Both the position numbers and the translations under genes were made by a program. Shown here one piece after another: positions 53,265 through 64,000 of a stretch of 64,000 nucleotides of DNA. How positions within the stretch are numbered: the stretch's first letter is position 1; every line of letters begins with the position of its first letter. A model generated the notes under the pieces. The model saw only the letters and a list, made by a program, of their open reading frames with translations, searched no databases and was not told the DNA's origin. Source of the stretch: an uncultured Verrucomicrobiae bacterium (lineage in GTDB: Bacteria; Verrucomicrobiota; Verrucomicrobiia; Chthoniobacterales; JAFAMB01); contig CAVXLD010000001.1 in the NCBI GenBank assembly GCA_963762565.1, forward strand, positions 1,344,001 through 1,408,000, in the 5' to 3' direction.

Positions 53265-53847
53265 CGTTCTGTAAGAACGCCACCGCTTGCGCGAGTGCCC
53301 GGGCGCGATGGCTGAGAGTGTTTTTTATTTCACTCGGCAATTCCGCGAAGGTCTGATTGTAGCCGGCCGGGATGAACATCGAATCGTAGCCGAATCCCTG
53401 GTCGCCACGCTCGAAAGCGACCACGATTCCCTCCACCGTACCCGAAAACGAGCCCAGTATCTCGCCGTTGCTGGCCAGAACCATCTCACATTGAAAACGA
53501 GCCGGGAATTCTTGAGCTGGTAGCGTCTTCAACCGCCCGATGAGCTTTTGGCGGTTCTGCGCGTCTGTGGCTCCTTCGCCCGCGAATCGCGCGGAATACG
53601 CCCCTGGCTCTCCATTCAACGCATCGACGGTCAAACCGGAATCATCAGCTAAAACCAGGTCTGAAAACGCCTCAGAGATAGCGACCGCCTTCAGAGCCGC
53701 GTTCTCAGCGAAAGTTGAACCGGTTTCATCTACTTTGGGCGCGTTTGCCATGGCGGTGAGATCGCGAACCTCCCACGCGGGACCCAACATTTGACCGATT
53801 TCCTTTGTCTTATGTGTGTTCCAGGTTGCAACTAAAAGTGTTTGCAT
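53260..53847 (-). CDS. rdgB: Non-canonical purine NTP pyrophosphatase (RdgB/HAM1)
   Basis: ATWNTHK, ETGSTFAENA, ADDSGL, GFGYD, KNTLSHR. Confidence 0.95.
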   Translation of the reverse strand: MQTLLVATWNTHKTKEIGQMLGPAWEVRDLTAMANAPKVDETGSTFAENAALKAVAISEAFSDLVLADDSGLTVDALNGEPGAYSARFAGEGATDAQNRQKLIGRLKTLPAQEFPARFQCEMVLASNGEILGSFSGTVEGIVVAFERGDQGFGYDSMFIPAGYNQTFAELPSEIKNTLSHRARALAQAVAFLQNE

Positions 53848-53893
53848 CGTGACATGACACCCCGAAAGTTGCTCCTCCCGGGTCACAAAACAA

Positions 53894-56488
53894 ATGAGTG
53901 AGAGACGAAAACAGTATCCATTCTCCGATTTCGAGCCGAAGTGGCAACACCTTTGGGAAGAGCAAAAGACTTTCCAGGTCGCTAACCCAGGTGAACCGGG
54001 CTTCGATCCGGCGAGACCGAAGTTTTACGTGCTGGATATGTTCCCTTATCCCAGTGGGGAGGGGCTTCACGTTGGACATCCGGAGGGCTATTCAGCAACT
54101 GATATTCTCTCTCGCTACAAACGGATGCGAGGGTTCAATGTTCTGCATCCAATGGGTTGGGACGCGTTTGGGCTCCCAGCCGAACAGTTTGCGATCAAGA
54201 CCGGCCAACACCCTTCCGTAGCGACCGCACAAAACGTCGCCCGGTTTAAGCAACAGCTGACCCGGATCGGCCTCAGTTTCGATTGGAGCCGGGAGATCAA
54301 TACAACTGATCCCGGCTATTTTCGTTGGACCCAGTGGATTTTCCTGCAGCTATATAACTCCTGGTTCGATCCCATCAAAAAGAAGGCACGACCAATCGCT
54401 GACTTGGAAGCGGAACGAAAAGCGACTCATTCGGAAGAATCCGCTGAGGCCCGGCGAGAGTATCTGGATCAACACCGTCTAGCCTATGTTGCCGAGGCGC
54501 CGGTCAATTGGTGTCCTCAGTTAGGTACGGTCCTAGCCAATGAAGAGGTGGTCGACGGTAAAAGCGAGGTCGGCGGGTTTCCGGTGATTCGCCGCCCGAT
54601 GCGCCAATGGATGTTGCGCATCACAGCATATGCGGATCGTCTGGTGGACGAGCTCGCCGGACTAGATTGGCCCGAATCAATCAAATTGCTGCAACGAAAC
54701 TGGATTGGACGAAGTGAAGGCGCAGAGGTTGATTTCCGGATCCCGCGACGAAAGGCGAAGATCACCGTTTTCACTACTCGCCCAGATACCCTGTTTGGCG
54801 CCACCTACATGGTGTTAGCGCCGGAGCACGAGTTGGTGGATAAAATTACCACGGCTCCTCAGCGTGCTGCCGTTGACGCCTACCGAGCCGAGGTCGCGCA
54901 AAAGTCAGACTTGGAAAGGACAAACCTAGCCAAGGAAAAGACGGGAGTTTTTACCGGCGGGTTCGCGATTAATCCTGTCAACGACCAAAAGATTCCGATC
55001 TGGATCGCGGATTACGTTCTTTCCAGCTACGGCACGGGGGCCATCATGGCCGTTCCCGCACATGACGAGCGCGATTTCGAGTTTGCGCAAAAGTTCGGCC
55101 TCGAGATCCGTCAAGTGATCGAGCCGCCAAGCCCCGTTGAAGGGTGTTTCGCCGGTTCCGGAACTGCCATTAACTCTGATTTCTTAAATGGACTGCCCAC
55201 CGACGAAGCTAAGGCTAAGGTTATCGATTGGCTGCAAGAGCGCGAGTTAGGGAAGAGGTCGGTAAACTACAAACTGCGGGACTGGCTGTTTTCCAGGCAA
55301 CGTTACTGGGGCGAACCGTTCCCCATCGTTTGGCGAAACAGCCGTCATGAGGCGCTTACTGAGGCCGATCTTCCGGTAATTCCTCCGCCACTGGAGGATT
55401 ATCGACCAACGGGCACGATCGAGCCGCCGCTTTCGAAAGCGAAGGACTGGGTCGAGCTCTCGGACGGTGCCCGGCGAGAACTGAACACGATGCCGCAGTG
55501 GGCCGGGTCCTGCTGGTATTATCTGCGTTACATTTCGCCTGGCGATCAACAGCGATTCGTAGACGCAGAGGCTGAACGCTATTGGATGGGCGGCGGGAAG
55601 CCCGGTGGAGTCGATCTTTACGTAGGTGGAACCGAGCATGCCGTTTTGCATCTGTTGTACGCGCGATTTTGGCATAAAGCCCTGTTTGATCTGGGGTATG
55701 TATCCACCGTTGAACCCTTTCAACGGTTAGTTAACCAGGGAATGATCCTCGGCGAAGATAACCAGAAGATGTCCAAAAGCCGGGGTAACGTGATCAGCCC
55801 GGATGAAATCATCGGCGAGTACGGCGCGGACTCACTGCGTCTGTACGAGATGTTCATGGGACCGCTCGAAGCGACGAAACCGTGGAGCATGGCCGGCGTC
55901 GAAGGAGTCTACCGATTCCTGGCCAGGGTGTGGCGCCTCGCCATGATCGAGAACCAGGAAGGAACCTGGGAAATGTCGCCGAATTTGAGCGAGGTTGAGC
56001 CGGATCCACAACAAAACAAGGTCATTCATGTCACCATCAAGAAGGTCACCGAAGACATCGAATCTTTGGCCTTCAACACGGCGATCTCCCAGATGATGAT
56101 CTATGTTAACACCTTCACCACCGCCGACCGGCGGCCGGTAACGGCGTTGCGCACGTTGTTGATTTTGCTGAATCCGTTCGCTCCTCATTTGTCCGAGGAG
56201 CTCTGGCAACGGCTAGGCCAACGGTTCTCAATTTTCTCCGGGCAAATTTCTCAACAACCTTGGCCGGTCTGGGATGCCGCTTATTTGATCGAGGACGAGG
56301 TAGAAATTATCGTCCAAGTGAACGGGAAGCTTCGGGACAAGATCGCCGTTCGCAAGGATCTCGATAACAAGACTCTGGAAGAGTTGGCCTTGGCTGCCCC
56401 GAAAGTCAAAGAGAGTACGGCCGGTAAAACCGTTCGAAAAATTGTGATTGTACCGAACCGGGTAGTGAACGTGGTGGTAAGCCAGTAG
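53894..56488 (+). CDS. leuS: Leucine--tRNA ligase
   Basis: [14 protein letters not shown] (HIGH), KMSKS, editing-domain TTRPDT. Confidence 0.98.
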   Translation: MSERRKQYPFSDFEPKWQHLWEEQKTFQVANPGEPGFDPARPKFYVLDMFPYPSGEGLHVGHPEGYSATDILSRYKRMRGFNVLHPMGWDAFGLPAEQFAIKTGQHPSVATAQNVARFKQQLTRIGLSFDWSREINTTDPGYFRWTQWIFLQLYNSWFDPIKKKARPIADLEAERKATHSEESAEARREYLDQHRLAYVAEAPVNWCPQLGTVLANEEVVDGKSEVGGFPVIRRPMRQWMLRITAYADRLVDELAGLDWPESIKLLQRNWIGRSEGAEVDFRIPRRKAKITVFTTRPDTLFGATYMVLAPEHELVDKITTAPQRAAVDAYRAEVAQKSDLERTNLAKEKTGVFTGGFAINPVNDQKIPIWIADYVLSSYGTGAIMAVPAHDERDFEFAQKFGLEIRQVIEPPSPVEGCFAGSGTAINSDFLNGLPTDEAKAKVIDWLQERELGKRSVNYKLRDWLFSRQRYWGEPFPIVWRNSRHEALTEADLPVIPPPLEDYRPTGTIEPPLSKAKDWVELSDGARRELNTMPQWAGSCWYYLRYISPGDQQRFVDAEAERYWMGGGKPGGVDLYVGGTEHAVLHLLYARFWHKALFDLGYVSTVEPFQRLVNQGMILGEDNQKMSKSRGNVISPDEIIGEYGADSLRLYEMFMGPLEATKPWSMAGVEGVYRFLARVWRLAMIENQEGTWEMSPNLSEVEPDPQQNKVIHVTIKKVTEDIESLAFNTAISQMMIYVNTFTTADRRPVTALRTLLILLNPFAPHLSEELWQRLGQRFSIFSGQISQQPWPVWDAAYLIEDEVEIIVQVNGKLRDKIAVRKDLDNKTLEELALAAPKVKESTAGKTVRKIVIVPNRVVNVVVSQ

Positions 56489-56491
56489 CGC

Positions 56492-56613
56492 CCGGGAGGG
56501 ATCGCGTCCTCGCGATCCGCCGTCTCGACGACCAGCGTGTTCCGAACCCAGGGTTACTCGACGCTAATTGCGCTGCTCCGTCTTCCCGGCGCGCGGGGAC
56601 GCGCGCCCTCCCA
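56492..56613. repeat. REP/REPIN-like element family A, copy 3
   Basis: ccgggagggatcgcgtcctcgcgatccg ... ggcgcgcggggacgcgcgccctccca. Confidence 0.85.
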
Positions 56614-56670
56614 GGGTGGGCCACGCCGCAGCTTGCCCCTTGTTCTTTCCTACGCGAAGTAGACGTCTCT

Positions 56671-57462
56671 ATGGGACCGTTAACTGACTACCACGTGCAC
56701 ACGCCTCTGTGCCGGCACGCGGAGGGAACCCCGGCAGAGTTTATCGAAGCAGCGAAACGGGCGGGCCTGGTTGAGATCGGTTTCGCTGATCACAACCCCA
56801 TGCCCGAACCTTTCGATGACTGGCGCATGACTTATGAGGAGCTTCCGCGCTACTTCGATTTTGTGGCGAAAGCGCGCGCATCCGGATTCCCCGTCCGGCT
56901 CGGCCTGGAATGCGATTTTATTCCGGGGCGCGAAAGCTGGATTGAGACACTGGCCGGATTAGCGCAATGGGATTACCTGATCGGTAGCGTCCATTATCTT
57001 AGTTCTGGCTGGGACGTGGACAATCCCAAGCACCTATTTCGGTTCACTGAAGATTCGGTGGAATCGATCTGGGACCGGTACTGGGAGCTTTTTGTTCAGT
57101 GTGTCCGCAGTGGACTCTTCGATTTTGTTGCCCATCCGGATTTACCTAAGAAATTCGGCCACCGGCCGAAAGGCGACCTAGGTCGTTATTACGAGCCGGC
57201 AATTCAAGCGCTGCATGAGGCCAATGTCGCTTTTGAGATCAACACCGCCGGACTGCGTAAGCCAGCAAACGAGGTTTATCCGGCCCAACAGTTTCTGGAA
57301 CTGGCTGCTAAAGCCGGTATCCCGCTGGTCATTAATTCGGATTCGCATTCACCTGCTGAAATTGGGGCCGGGTTCGACGTAGCGGCCGCTCGTGCCAGGG
57401 AAGCCGGTTACCGCGAAGTGGTTCGGTGGGTGGGGCGAAGACGTTCCGCGGTGGAACTTTGA
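56671..57462 (+). CDS. Histidinol-phosphatase, HisJ (PHP) family
   Basis: DYHVHT, ADHNP, GSVH, AHPDL, EINTAG, SDSH. Confidence 0.9.
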   Translation: MGPLTDYHVHTPLCRHAEGTPAEFIEAAKRAGLVEIGFADHNPMPEPFDDWRMTYEELPRYFDFVAKARASGFPVRLGLECDFIPGRESWIETLAGLAQWDYLIGSVHYLSSGWDVDNPKHLFRFTEDSVESIWDRYWELFVQCVRSGLFDFVAHPDLPKKFGHRPKGDLGRYYEPAIQALHEANVAFEINTAGLRKPANEVYPAQQFLELAAKAGIPLVINSDSHSPAEIGAGFDVAAARAREAGYREVVRWVGRRRSAVEL

Positions 57463-57513
57463 GGGGCGGGTGTCAGGCGCGCCAAGTCCTCCGGTCACGG
57501 CTGGGACTAGAAT

Positions 57514-57597
57514 ATGACAGATGACAGATGACAGATGACAGATCGACCAACCGGGGTGGCTGCTGGAATTTGTCATTTGTCATTTGTCATCTGTCAT
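57514..57597. repeat. Inverted heptamer (ATGACAR) repeat element, copy 2
   Basis: atgacag x4 ... aatttgtcatttgtcatttgtcatctgtcat. Confidence 0.9.
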
Positions 57598-57653
57598 TCT
57601 CGATAGGCTCTATGTGACTTATGTAACGTAGTGGCGTACAACGACCCGCTAAG

Positions 57654-58532
57654 ATGCTCCTTAAAACATTGCGTCATGAGGTATCGTTCCCGCGCCGGCC
57701 TTTAGTGATGGGCATTGTGAACATCAATGATGATTCGTTTTCTGGGGACGGCAGTTTGGACGTAGGCCAGGCAATCGCTCAGGCCCGATGCTTAGTCAGC
57801 GACGGCGCCGACATCATTGATGTTGGCGGCGAAAGCGCCCGTACAAATCGCGGCCCGATCTCTGTCGCGGAGGAAATCTCGCGCGTAACACCGTTTGTGA
57901 CCAGATTCGCGGAGTGCCACGCGGCCGTTACTCCGGTTGATAGCGAACAGATTTTTCCTCCCATGCTCTCTTTGAATACGTGGCGACCAGGTGTGCTTCG
58001 CGCTTTGCTCCCGCTCGGAATCGACATCATCAATGATATTGGCGCGCTAGCCGGCAATGAGAACGCGGCGGCGGCGGCAGAATACGGAGCAGCTCTAGTA
58101 ATTATGCATTCGGTGGGCGAACCAAAGGTGCCTCACTTCCACGTCCAGTACGCCGATATCATGGAAACGTTGGACGATTTCTTTGCGCGCAAAATCGCAG
58201 AGGCAACTAAAGCCGGCTTATCCCGAGAAGCGATCATTCTTGACCCAGGGATCGACTTTGCCAAACAGCGCCCCGACAATCTCCGGATTTTCCGGGAGCT
58301 AGGCCGCTTGACTCGGTTTGAGCGATTGATTCTTTTACCGGTATCACGTAAGACCGTCATCGGAGAGGTTCTCGATCTGCCGGACCCTAAAGACCGTGAT
58401 GCTGGAACCATGGCCTGCGTGGTGGCCGGCATTCAGCATGGAGCAGGCATTTTCCGGGTTCATAATGTCAACGCAACCAGTCTAGCTGTTCGAACCATCT
58501 GGTCGGTGTTAGAAGGGACGACGCTTCCATAG
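57654..58532 (+). CDS. folP: Dihydropteroate synthase
   Basis: MGIVNINDDSFSGDG, DVGGES, INDI, DPGIDF, SRK, RVHNV. Confidence 0.93.
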   Translation: MLLKTLRHEVSFPRRPLVMGIVNINDDSFSGDGSLDVGQAIAQARCLVSDGADIIDVGGESARTNRGPISVAEEISRVTPFVTRFAECHAAVTPVDSEQIFPPMLSLNTWRPGVLRALLPLGIDIINDIGALAGNENAAAAAEYGAALVIMHSVGEPKVPHFHVQYADIMETLDDFFARKIAEATKAGLSREAIILDPGIDFAKQRPDNLRIFRELGRLTRFERLILLPVSRKTVIGEVLDLPDPKDRDAGTMACVVAGIQHGAGIFRVHNVNATSLAVRTIWSVLEGTTLP

Positions 58533-58570
58533 AGAAGGCGAAGCCGATCCCACCAATCACTAATCACCAA

Positions 58571-59191
58571 TCACCTCTCACACCGCCTCCCCCACGCCGG
58601 GTGATCACGAATCATCTCCAGCGCCCGTTGCGTCAGACTCTTCCCCGGCTCGATCCGGTGCCACGGTGAGGCGCCGGACGGGTGTGGAAGCGGCACGATA
58701 TCGAACCGATGTCCGAATTTTTCTAGGGTCCATTTGGTTCCAATTAAGTCGGTCAATGGCGGCACCGGTTGGATAAACTGGCCGATCGCTAATTTGCCGA
58801 CTGGAATGATGAGTTCCGGAGACAGGATTTTTATTTCTGCAGCCAACCATTCGCTGCAATTCGCCACCTCTTCTTTGGATGGTACGCGATCACCCCCCAC
58901 CGCGGTTTTACCGGGGAAACAGCGGCAAACTGCCGCCATATATACCGTCGATCGGAAACAATCCTCATCGATACTTAAAGTGTCAGCGAACCATTTGAAC
59001 ATGGTCTTACCCGCTGTCCACGCGAACGGCCTTCCCAAGATTGGTTCTTTTACCCCGGGCGCTTGCCCCACCAAAATAACTCGACTGATAACGGCTCCAC
59101 CGCTGACTGGTCCGGAAACCATGTTCGGACATTTGCGACATGCCCGCAGTGCGGTCACATGCCGGTTCAGACGAATGGTTAGGGCTTTCAT
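58571..59191 (-). CDS. Uracil-DNA glycosylase family protein
   Basis: CRKC, GQAPG, CRCFPG, LPHPSGAS. Confidence 0.9.
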   Translation of the reverse strand: MKALTIRLNRHVTALRACRKCPNMVSGPVSGGAVISRVILVGQAPGVKEPILGRPFAWTAGKTMFKWFADTLSIDEDCFRSTVYMAAVCRCFPGKTAVGGDRVPSKEEVANCSEWLAAEIKILSPELIIPVGKLAIGQFIQPVPPLTDLIGTKWTLEKFGHRFDIVPLPHPSGASPWHRIEPGKSLTQRALEMIRDHPAWGRRCER

Positions 59192-59384
59192 TAATCCAGA
59201 TTTGCGGCGGTATTCAAACAGTGTGACGATATGCGCCGGAATTGCAAAGCTGCTTGCGCAATCTTATGACCGGTGCGTAAGCTTGTCGCCGCGATAGCGG
59301 AGCGAAGGCGGAACCCCTGTCGCGTCGTAGTCCCGGTAATAGGGACGAAGGCGGAATGCAGCCCACAACGAGGAGAATATCATT

Positions 59385-59849
59385 TTGGAGCTCGACGATA
59401 TCAAAGCCATCATCGATTTGATGAAAAAGAACGATCTGGCTGTTTTCAGGCTGGAGCGTGACGGGTTCAAGATCGAGCTGGAAGCTCATCGATCACCTTC
59501 TCCTGCTGTCATTCTACCGCATAGCGTCGTAGCCACTGGACCGCTACCACAAGCCGGGCCTATGCCGGCCAATGTGGCAGAAAGCCCAACAGCGGCTACC
59601 GGCGGATCGACACCGTTAAAGGAGATTTTGTCGCCCATGGTGGGGACGTTTTATCGGGCGTCGTCGCCCGATTCCGCACCGTATGTAGAAGTCGGACAGG
59701 AGATCAACGAAGAATCATTGGTGTGCATCATCGAAGCCATGAAGGTCATGAATGAGATAAAGGCCGAGATCAAAGGCGTCATTGCCGAGATCTTGGTTGA
59801 GAATGGTACTCCGGTACAATTTGGCCAACCGTTGATCCGCGTTAAGTAG
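59385..59849 (+). CDS. accB: Acetyl-CoA carboxylase biotin carboxyl carrier protein
   Basis: [19 protein letters not shown] start. Confidence 0.97.
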   Translation: MELDDIKAIIDLMKKNDLAVFRLERDGFKIELEAHRSPSPAVILPHSVVATGPLPQAGPMPANVAESPTAATGGSTPLKEILSPMVGTFYRASSPDSAPYVEVGQEINEESLVCIIEAMKVMNEIKAEIKGVIAEILVENGTPVQFGQPLIRVK

Positions 59850-59850
59850 C

Positions 59851-61215
59851 GTGTTTAGTAAAGTCCTTATTGCTAACCGGGGCGAGATCGCGCTCCGCAT
59901 CATCCGCGCCTGTAAAGAACTCGGGATCGCTACGGTCGCGATTTATTCCGAGGCTGATGTCGATTCATTGCACGTACAATTGGCTGACGAAGCCGTGTGT
60001 ATTGGGCCGGCTCAGAGCGCGGAAAGCTATCTTAAGATCGATCGGATCATTAGTGCAGCTGAGATCACAGACGTCGATGCGATTCATCCCGGGTACGGGT
60101 TCCTAGCCGAGAACGCCCATTTTGCCGAGGTTTGCGCTAGTTGTAACATCAAGTTTATCGGGCCTTCGCCGGCAGCGATCCGAACCATGGGAAATAAAAA
60201 CGCGGCTCGCGAACAAGCTCGCAAAGCCGGCGTTCCGGTTTGTCCAGGTAGTGATGGCATCATCGATTCAGAAAAGAGCGCGTTACGGATCGCTAAAAAG
60301 ATCGGTTATCCGGTGATGCTGAAAGCCGTCGCTGGTGGTGGTGGCCGCGGTATGCGCCCAGCCCACAACGACGGGAGTTTAATCCAAGCGTTTCACTCAG
60401 CCAGGACGGAGGCCGAGAAGGCTTTTGGCAACGGCGATGTTTATATCGAGAAATTGATCGAGCACCCGCATCATATCGAGTTTCAGGTCATCGGTGATAG
60501 CCATGGCCGTCTCGTGCATCTCGGTGAACGCGATTGCTCTATCCAGCGACGAAACCAAAAGATTGTGGAGGAATGTCCTTCCCAGCTATTGGATGACGAT
60601 CTCCGGAAGCGAATGGCGAAATGTTCCGTGGGTCTAGCAGCCTCCGTGGGCTATGAAAACGCCGGCACCATAGAATACCTGGTCGATAAGAACGGCGATT
60701 TTTATTTCATGGAGATGAACACCCGGATCCAGGTAGAACATCCCGTGACCGAAGAAGTTTACGGATGCGACCTGGTTCGTGAGCAGATTCGCATTGCTGC
60801 CGGTGAGCATCTCTCATTGCACGTTGCCGAGGCCCTGCCGCGTAGCCATGCCATTGAATGCCGGATCAATGCTGAAGATCCGGATAACAATTTTCAGCCT
60901 TCTCCAGGAACCATCGATCTTTACTATGCTCCGGGCGGCCGGGGTGTTCGAATCGATTCGCATGTTTACTCGAAATACGCCATCCCGCCTTATTACGATT
61001 CTTTGATCGCGAAGTTGATCTGTGTCGGCTCGACTCGATACTCGACGGTTCGCCGGATGGCGCGCGCATTGAGCGAGTATCTGATCACCGGCATTAAGAC
61101 TACCATTCCATTTCACGTAAAGATCATGCAGGACGCGGCTTTTGTTCGCGGCGAATTCGATACCGGTTTTGTCGAGAGGCTTGTGGGCATGAAACACTTG
61201 GATATACCGAAGTAG
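59851..61215 (+). CDS. accC: Acetyl-CoA carboxylase biotin carboxylase
   Basis: [34 protein letters not shown]. Confidence 0.98.
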   Translation: MFSKVLIANRGEIALRIIRACKELGIATVAIYSEADVDSLHVQLADEAVCIGPAQSAESYLKIDRIISAAEITDVDAIHPGYGFLAENAHFAEVCASCNIKFIGPSPAAIRTMGNKNAAREQARKAGVPVCPGSDGIIDSEKSALRIAKKIGYPVMLKAVAGGGGRGMRPAHNDGSLIQAFHSARTEAEKAFGNGDVYIEKLIEHPHHIEFQVIGDSHGRLVHLGERDCSIQRRNQKIVEECPSQLLDDDLRKRMAKCSVGLAASVGYENAGTIEYLVDKNGDFYFMEMNTRIQVEHPVTEEVYGCDLVREQIRIAAGEHLSLHVAEALPRSHAIECRINAEDPDNNFQPSPGTIDLYYAPGGRGVRIDSHVYSKYAIPPYYDSLIAKLICVGSTRYSTVRRMARALSEYLITGIKTTIPFHVKIMQDAAFVRGEFDTGFVERLVGMKHLDIPK

Positions 61216-61226
61216 CGACTATTTAA

Positions 61227-61847
61227 GTGAACGCATTAGAACATTGTTTCGTGTACGGGATTGTCGACCTCGGGTACGTCAAACCAGACGCAGTCACCGA
61301 CATGACTAAGAAACTGGTTCGAGGCGGCATTGATCTTCTCCAGCTGCGTGCCAAGGAGTTTCCTTTGGATGAAGTCCGGCGCCTAGCGCAACTAATGGTG
61401 GCCATTACGCAACCTGCCGGGGTGCCATTCATTCTGAATGATTATCCGCAGCTGTTAACCGATGTACCCGCGGAAGGATGCCATCTTGGTCAAGAGGATG
61501 GCAGCATCGCTGAAGCCCGCCAAATAGCGGGACGCCCAGTCATTGTTGGTCGATCCACTCATTCCATTGAGCAAGCGCTCGCGGCTGAAAAAGAAGGCGC
61601 TGATTATATCGGCTACGGACCTCTGTTCCCTACTCCAACCAAGCCGGACGCAGTTGCTATCGGTTTATCCAGCCTCCGCAAACTCCATACTCAGGTCCGG
61701 ATTCCGGTTTTCTGTATTGGAGGAATAAAAGAGGACAATCTCCGAAAAGTGACAGACGCGGGAGCTGAACGCGTCTGTATCGTATCGGATCTGCTGACCG
61801 CGCACGATCCATACGCAAAAGTACGGGCCATCAAAGCGGATCTGTGA
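61227..61847 (+). CDS. thiE: Thiamine-phosphate synthase
   Basis: QLRAK, ILND, HLGQED, GRSTH, PTPTK, IGGI. Confidence 0.95.
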   Translation: MNALEHCFVYGIVDLGYVKPDAVTDMTKKLVRGGIDLLQLRAKEFPLDEVRRLAQLMVAITQPAGVPFILNDYPQLLTDVPAEGCHLGQEDGSIAEARQIAGRPVIVGRSTHSIEQALAAEKEGADYIGYGPLFPTPTKPDAVAIGLSSLRKLHTQVRIPVFCIGGIKEDNLRKVTDAGAERVCIVSDLLTAHDPYAKVRAIKADL

Positions 61848-61867
61848 AGCCGGGGCGATACGGGCTG

Positions 61868-62120
61868 GAGGGGAGCCGCTTTATAGGTGGGCAGCTCTAT
61901 CCGATGCTAGCAGGCGACTCCCGGGAATCACCCAGCGTGTGATTTCGTTCTGTAGGTTTTTCTTAATTCCCATTCGACGTTTCGTTTCTAAATGGCTGCC
62001 TTTGAATTGAGGGAACGCCTCTTGGAAGAAAGCCCGGGATCAATCACACGCCCTGGGTCATTCCCGGGAGCCGCCTGCTAGCATCGGACAGACCTTGCCA
62101 CCTACAAAGCGGCTCCCCTC
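61868..62120. repeat. MITE-like element with about 78-bp terminal inverted repeats
   Basis: Arm 61868-61944 is a near-perfect reverse complement of arm 62042-62120. Confidence 0.88.
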
Positions 62121-62201
62121 CGGACGCGGGGCATGCAACGCGTTCCTCTCATTGAAAAACCGCTGGCATTGGTGCGGCTGATGCTCCACTTATTGACCCT
62201 T

Positions 62202-63113
62202 ATGCCAGTCTTAATCGTTGGTTCTATAGCTCTCGACGACATAAAAACTCAGACTGAGAAACGGGTCGATCTGATGGGTGGGTCAGCCTCTTATGCATCG
62301 GTCAGCGCCAGCTTTTTCGATGGCGTTAACCTGGTGGGCATCGTGGGGTCCGATTTTCCTCACGCGCACCTGGATCTATTTCGGCAGCGCCAGATCGATC
62401 TCACCGGTTTGCAAATCGTGGATGGCAAAACGTTTCGTTGGGGAGGCGAGTATGAAGCCGATATGAACAAGCGGCAAACTTTGTACACCGAGCTCAATGT
62501 ATTTGAGACCTTCACCCCGACTCTGCCTCCGGCTTATCGAGCCACCCGGATCATTCTGCTCGGTAACATCGGCCCAAATCTGCAGAACCATGTACTCGAT
62601 CAAGTCGAGCACCGGGAATTTGTGGTGGCCGATACGATGGATCTGTGGATCACAACGGCACGCCAGGAATTATTGAAACTGCTTAAGCGGATCGATCTCC
62701 TGGTTTTGAACGACGGTGAAGCCCGGCAATTGACCGAGGACGACAATCTGGTCCGAGCGGCCCGCAAAATCTTGGACCTGGGTCCGAAGTACGTCGCCGT
62801 GAAAAAAGGGGAGCATGGTTGTCTTTTGCTTTCGCGAAATGAGTTCTTCAGTTGCGGTGCGTACCCAGTGGAGCGGCTCAAAGACCCGACTGGCGCCGGA
62901 GACACTTTTGCAGGTGGATTAGCCGGATACCTGTCGAGCGTGGGCCGGCCGGCGATCGAGTTCGCGGATTTAAAGCGAGCGGTCGTCCACGGAAGTATTC
63001 TGGCCAGCTTTTGCGTTGAATCGTTCAGTCTTGAACGCTTGAAAACCTTGTCTCGAACTGAGCTGGACGACCGTTATCAGTTTTTCCGAGCGATGAGTCA
63101 TTTTGATGATTGA
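62202..63113 (+). CDS. PfkB family sugar/nucleoside kinase
   Basis: GGSASY, VKKGEHG, DPTGAGDTFAGG. Confidence 0.92.
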   Translation: MPVLIVGSIALDDIKTQTEKRVDLMGGSASYASVSASFFDGVNLVGIVGSDFPHAHLDLFRQRQIDLTGLQIVDGKTFRWGGEYEADMNKRQTLYTELNVFETFTPTLPPAYRATRIILLGNIGPNLQNHVLDQVEHREFVVADTMDLWITTARQELLKLLKRIDLLVLNDGEARQLTEDDNLVRAARKILDLGPKYVAVKKGEHGCLLLSRNEFFSCGAYPVERLKDPTGAGDTFAGGLAGYLSSVGRPAIEFADLKRAVVHGSILASFCVESFSLERLKTLSRTELDDRYQFFRAMSHFDD

Positions 63114-63290
63114 GAACGGTGGTTCTGGTATTAGATCAACCCGACCCGGGCTTTGCCGCTCCGGTATCAGAAATGGCGAACCTTTTTGCACTTTTTGATT
63201 GCTAGGGCGGCTCGGTCTTCACAGCATGGCCGATTGGTTGCTGTTAGAAGTCTGAAACGCAAGTAGACCCGCAGAGTGTTGATCAAATCC

Positions 63291-64000
63291 ATGAACCCAC
63301 GCTTCACGTTATCATTTCGCCGCGCCTGGTTGGTAGCGGCTACAGCCGGCTTAGCCGCAGCGGTAGTCCTCGCGGCCACGCCGGCATATTGTCTTGGTGC
63401 CGAATCTTCGCAGATCGCGAATATTGATTCCGCATTGCAGCATCTGGTCGACCAGAACGCCGAAGGAGCAACGCCGAATAATGCGTCAATCCAGGCCCAA
63501 AATGTAGTGCCGGCGTTCAACGGCCGGATGCTAATCCATCTTGGTGGCGGACCGCGGTTTGATGCTCAGAACCGGGTTTTGGTGCACGTCTATCTGGACG
63601 GGTCGCAATCCCTTGGATCGGTTAAGGCGGCTCTCGGCGCCTTCGGGATCGGTGCTCTTGATGAAAACTCGACGTATCGCAAGGGTATCATCGCAGCGTA
63701 CATGCCGGTCACCCAGATTCCGAACGTAGCCAAGCTGGCAGGAGTCCGTGCCCTGACGATGGAGCATCGGCCGGGAGTTAGCGTTGGCAGCGTGACCTCG
63801 GAGGGCACCGTGGTTTTGCAAACCGATAAGGTGAACAAACTAGGATATAAGGGGGATGGGATCACAGTCGGCGTCCTATCCGATAGTTTTAACACCGCCC
63901 AATATAATACCAGCAACCCACCAGCGACGACGGCGGCTGAGGATGTAAAGACCCACGATTTACCGGTGGTTAATGTTCTTCAGGATTTCGGTGGCGTAGG
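63291..64000 (+). CDS. Secreted subtilisin-like (S8) serine peptidase, N-terminal part (runs off the window edge)
   Basis: Manual translation: signal peptide MNPRFTLSFRRAWLVAATAGLAAAVV, propeptide, then GYKGDGITVGVLSDSF (catalytic Asp region). Confidence 0.8.
   Translation, partial: MNPRFTLSFRRAWLVAATAGLAAAVVLAATPAYCLGAESSQIANIDSALQHLVDQNAEGATPNNASIQAQNVVPAFNGRMLIHLGGGPRFDAQNRVLVHVYLDGSQSLGSVKAALGAFGIGALDENSTYRKGIIAAYMPVTQIPNVAKLAGVRALTMEHRPGVSVGSVTSEGTVVLQTDKVNKLGYKGDGITVGVLSDSFNTAQYNTSNPPATTAAEDVKTHDLPVVNVLQDFGGV

Overview
A 64 kb gene-dense bacterial chromosome segment. The protein sequences and repeat style suggest a Verrucomicrobiota (Chthoniobacterales-like) soil organism; this is inferred. 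Content is mostly housekeeping and metabolic: bioB, kdpFABC with a split KdpD and a sigma54-type two-component system, a maltose/trehalose-type ABC transporter, dnaK-groES-groEL, tRNA-Ser(GGA), an ECF sigma/YciI pair, sugar catabolism, rho, yebC, typA, rdgB, leuS, folP, accBC and thiE. Two multidomain signalling proteins are present (TIR-kinase-pseudokinase-FGE and DUF4062-TM-TPR). No integrase, transposase, reverse transcriptase, prophage or CRISPR array was seen. The most striking feature is in the intergenic DNA, where many gaps hold palindromic elements. One class has inverted arms built of short tandem units (6, 7, 8 or 9 nt). One member encloses a four-helix-bundle (23S-IVS/Avd-like) gene, and an empty copy with the same arms lies 52 kb away. 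The 7/8-mer arms usually put stop codons in all three frames and often supply the neighbouring gene's own stop. A second class consists of REP/REPIN- or MITE-like elements of several families. Three apparent single-base frameshifts may be assembly errors.
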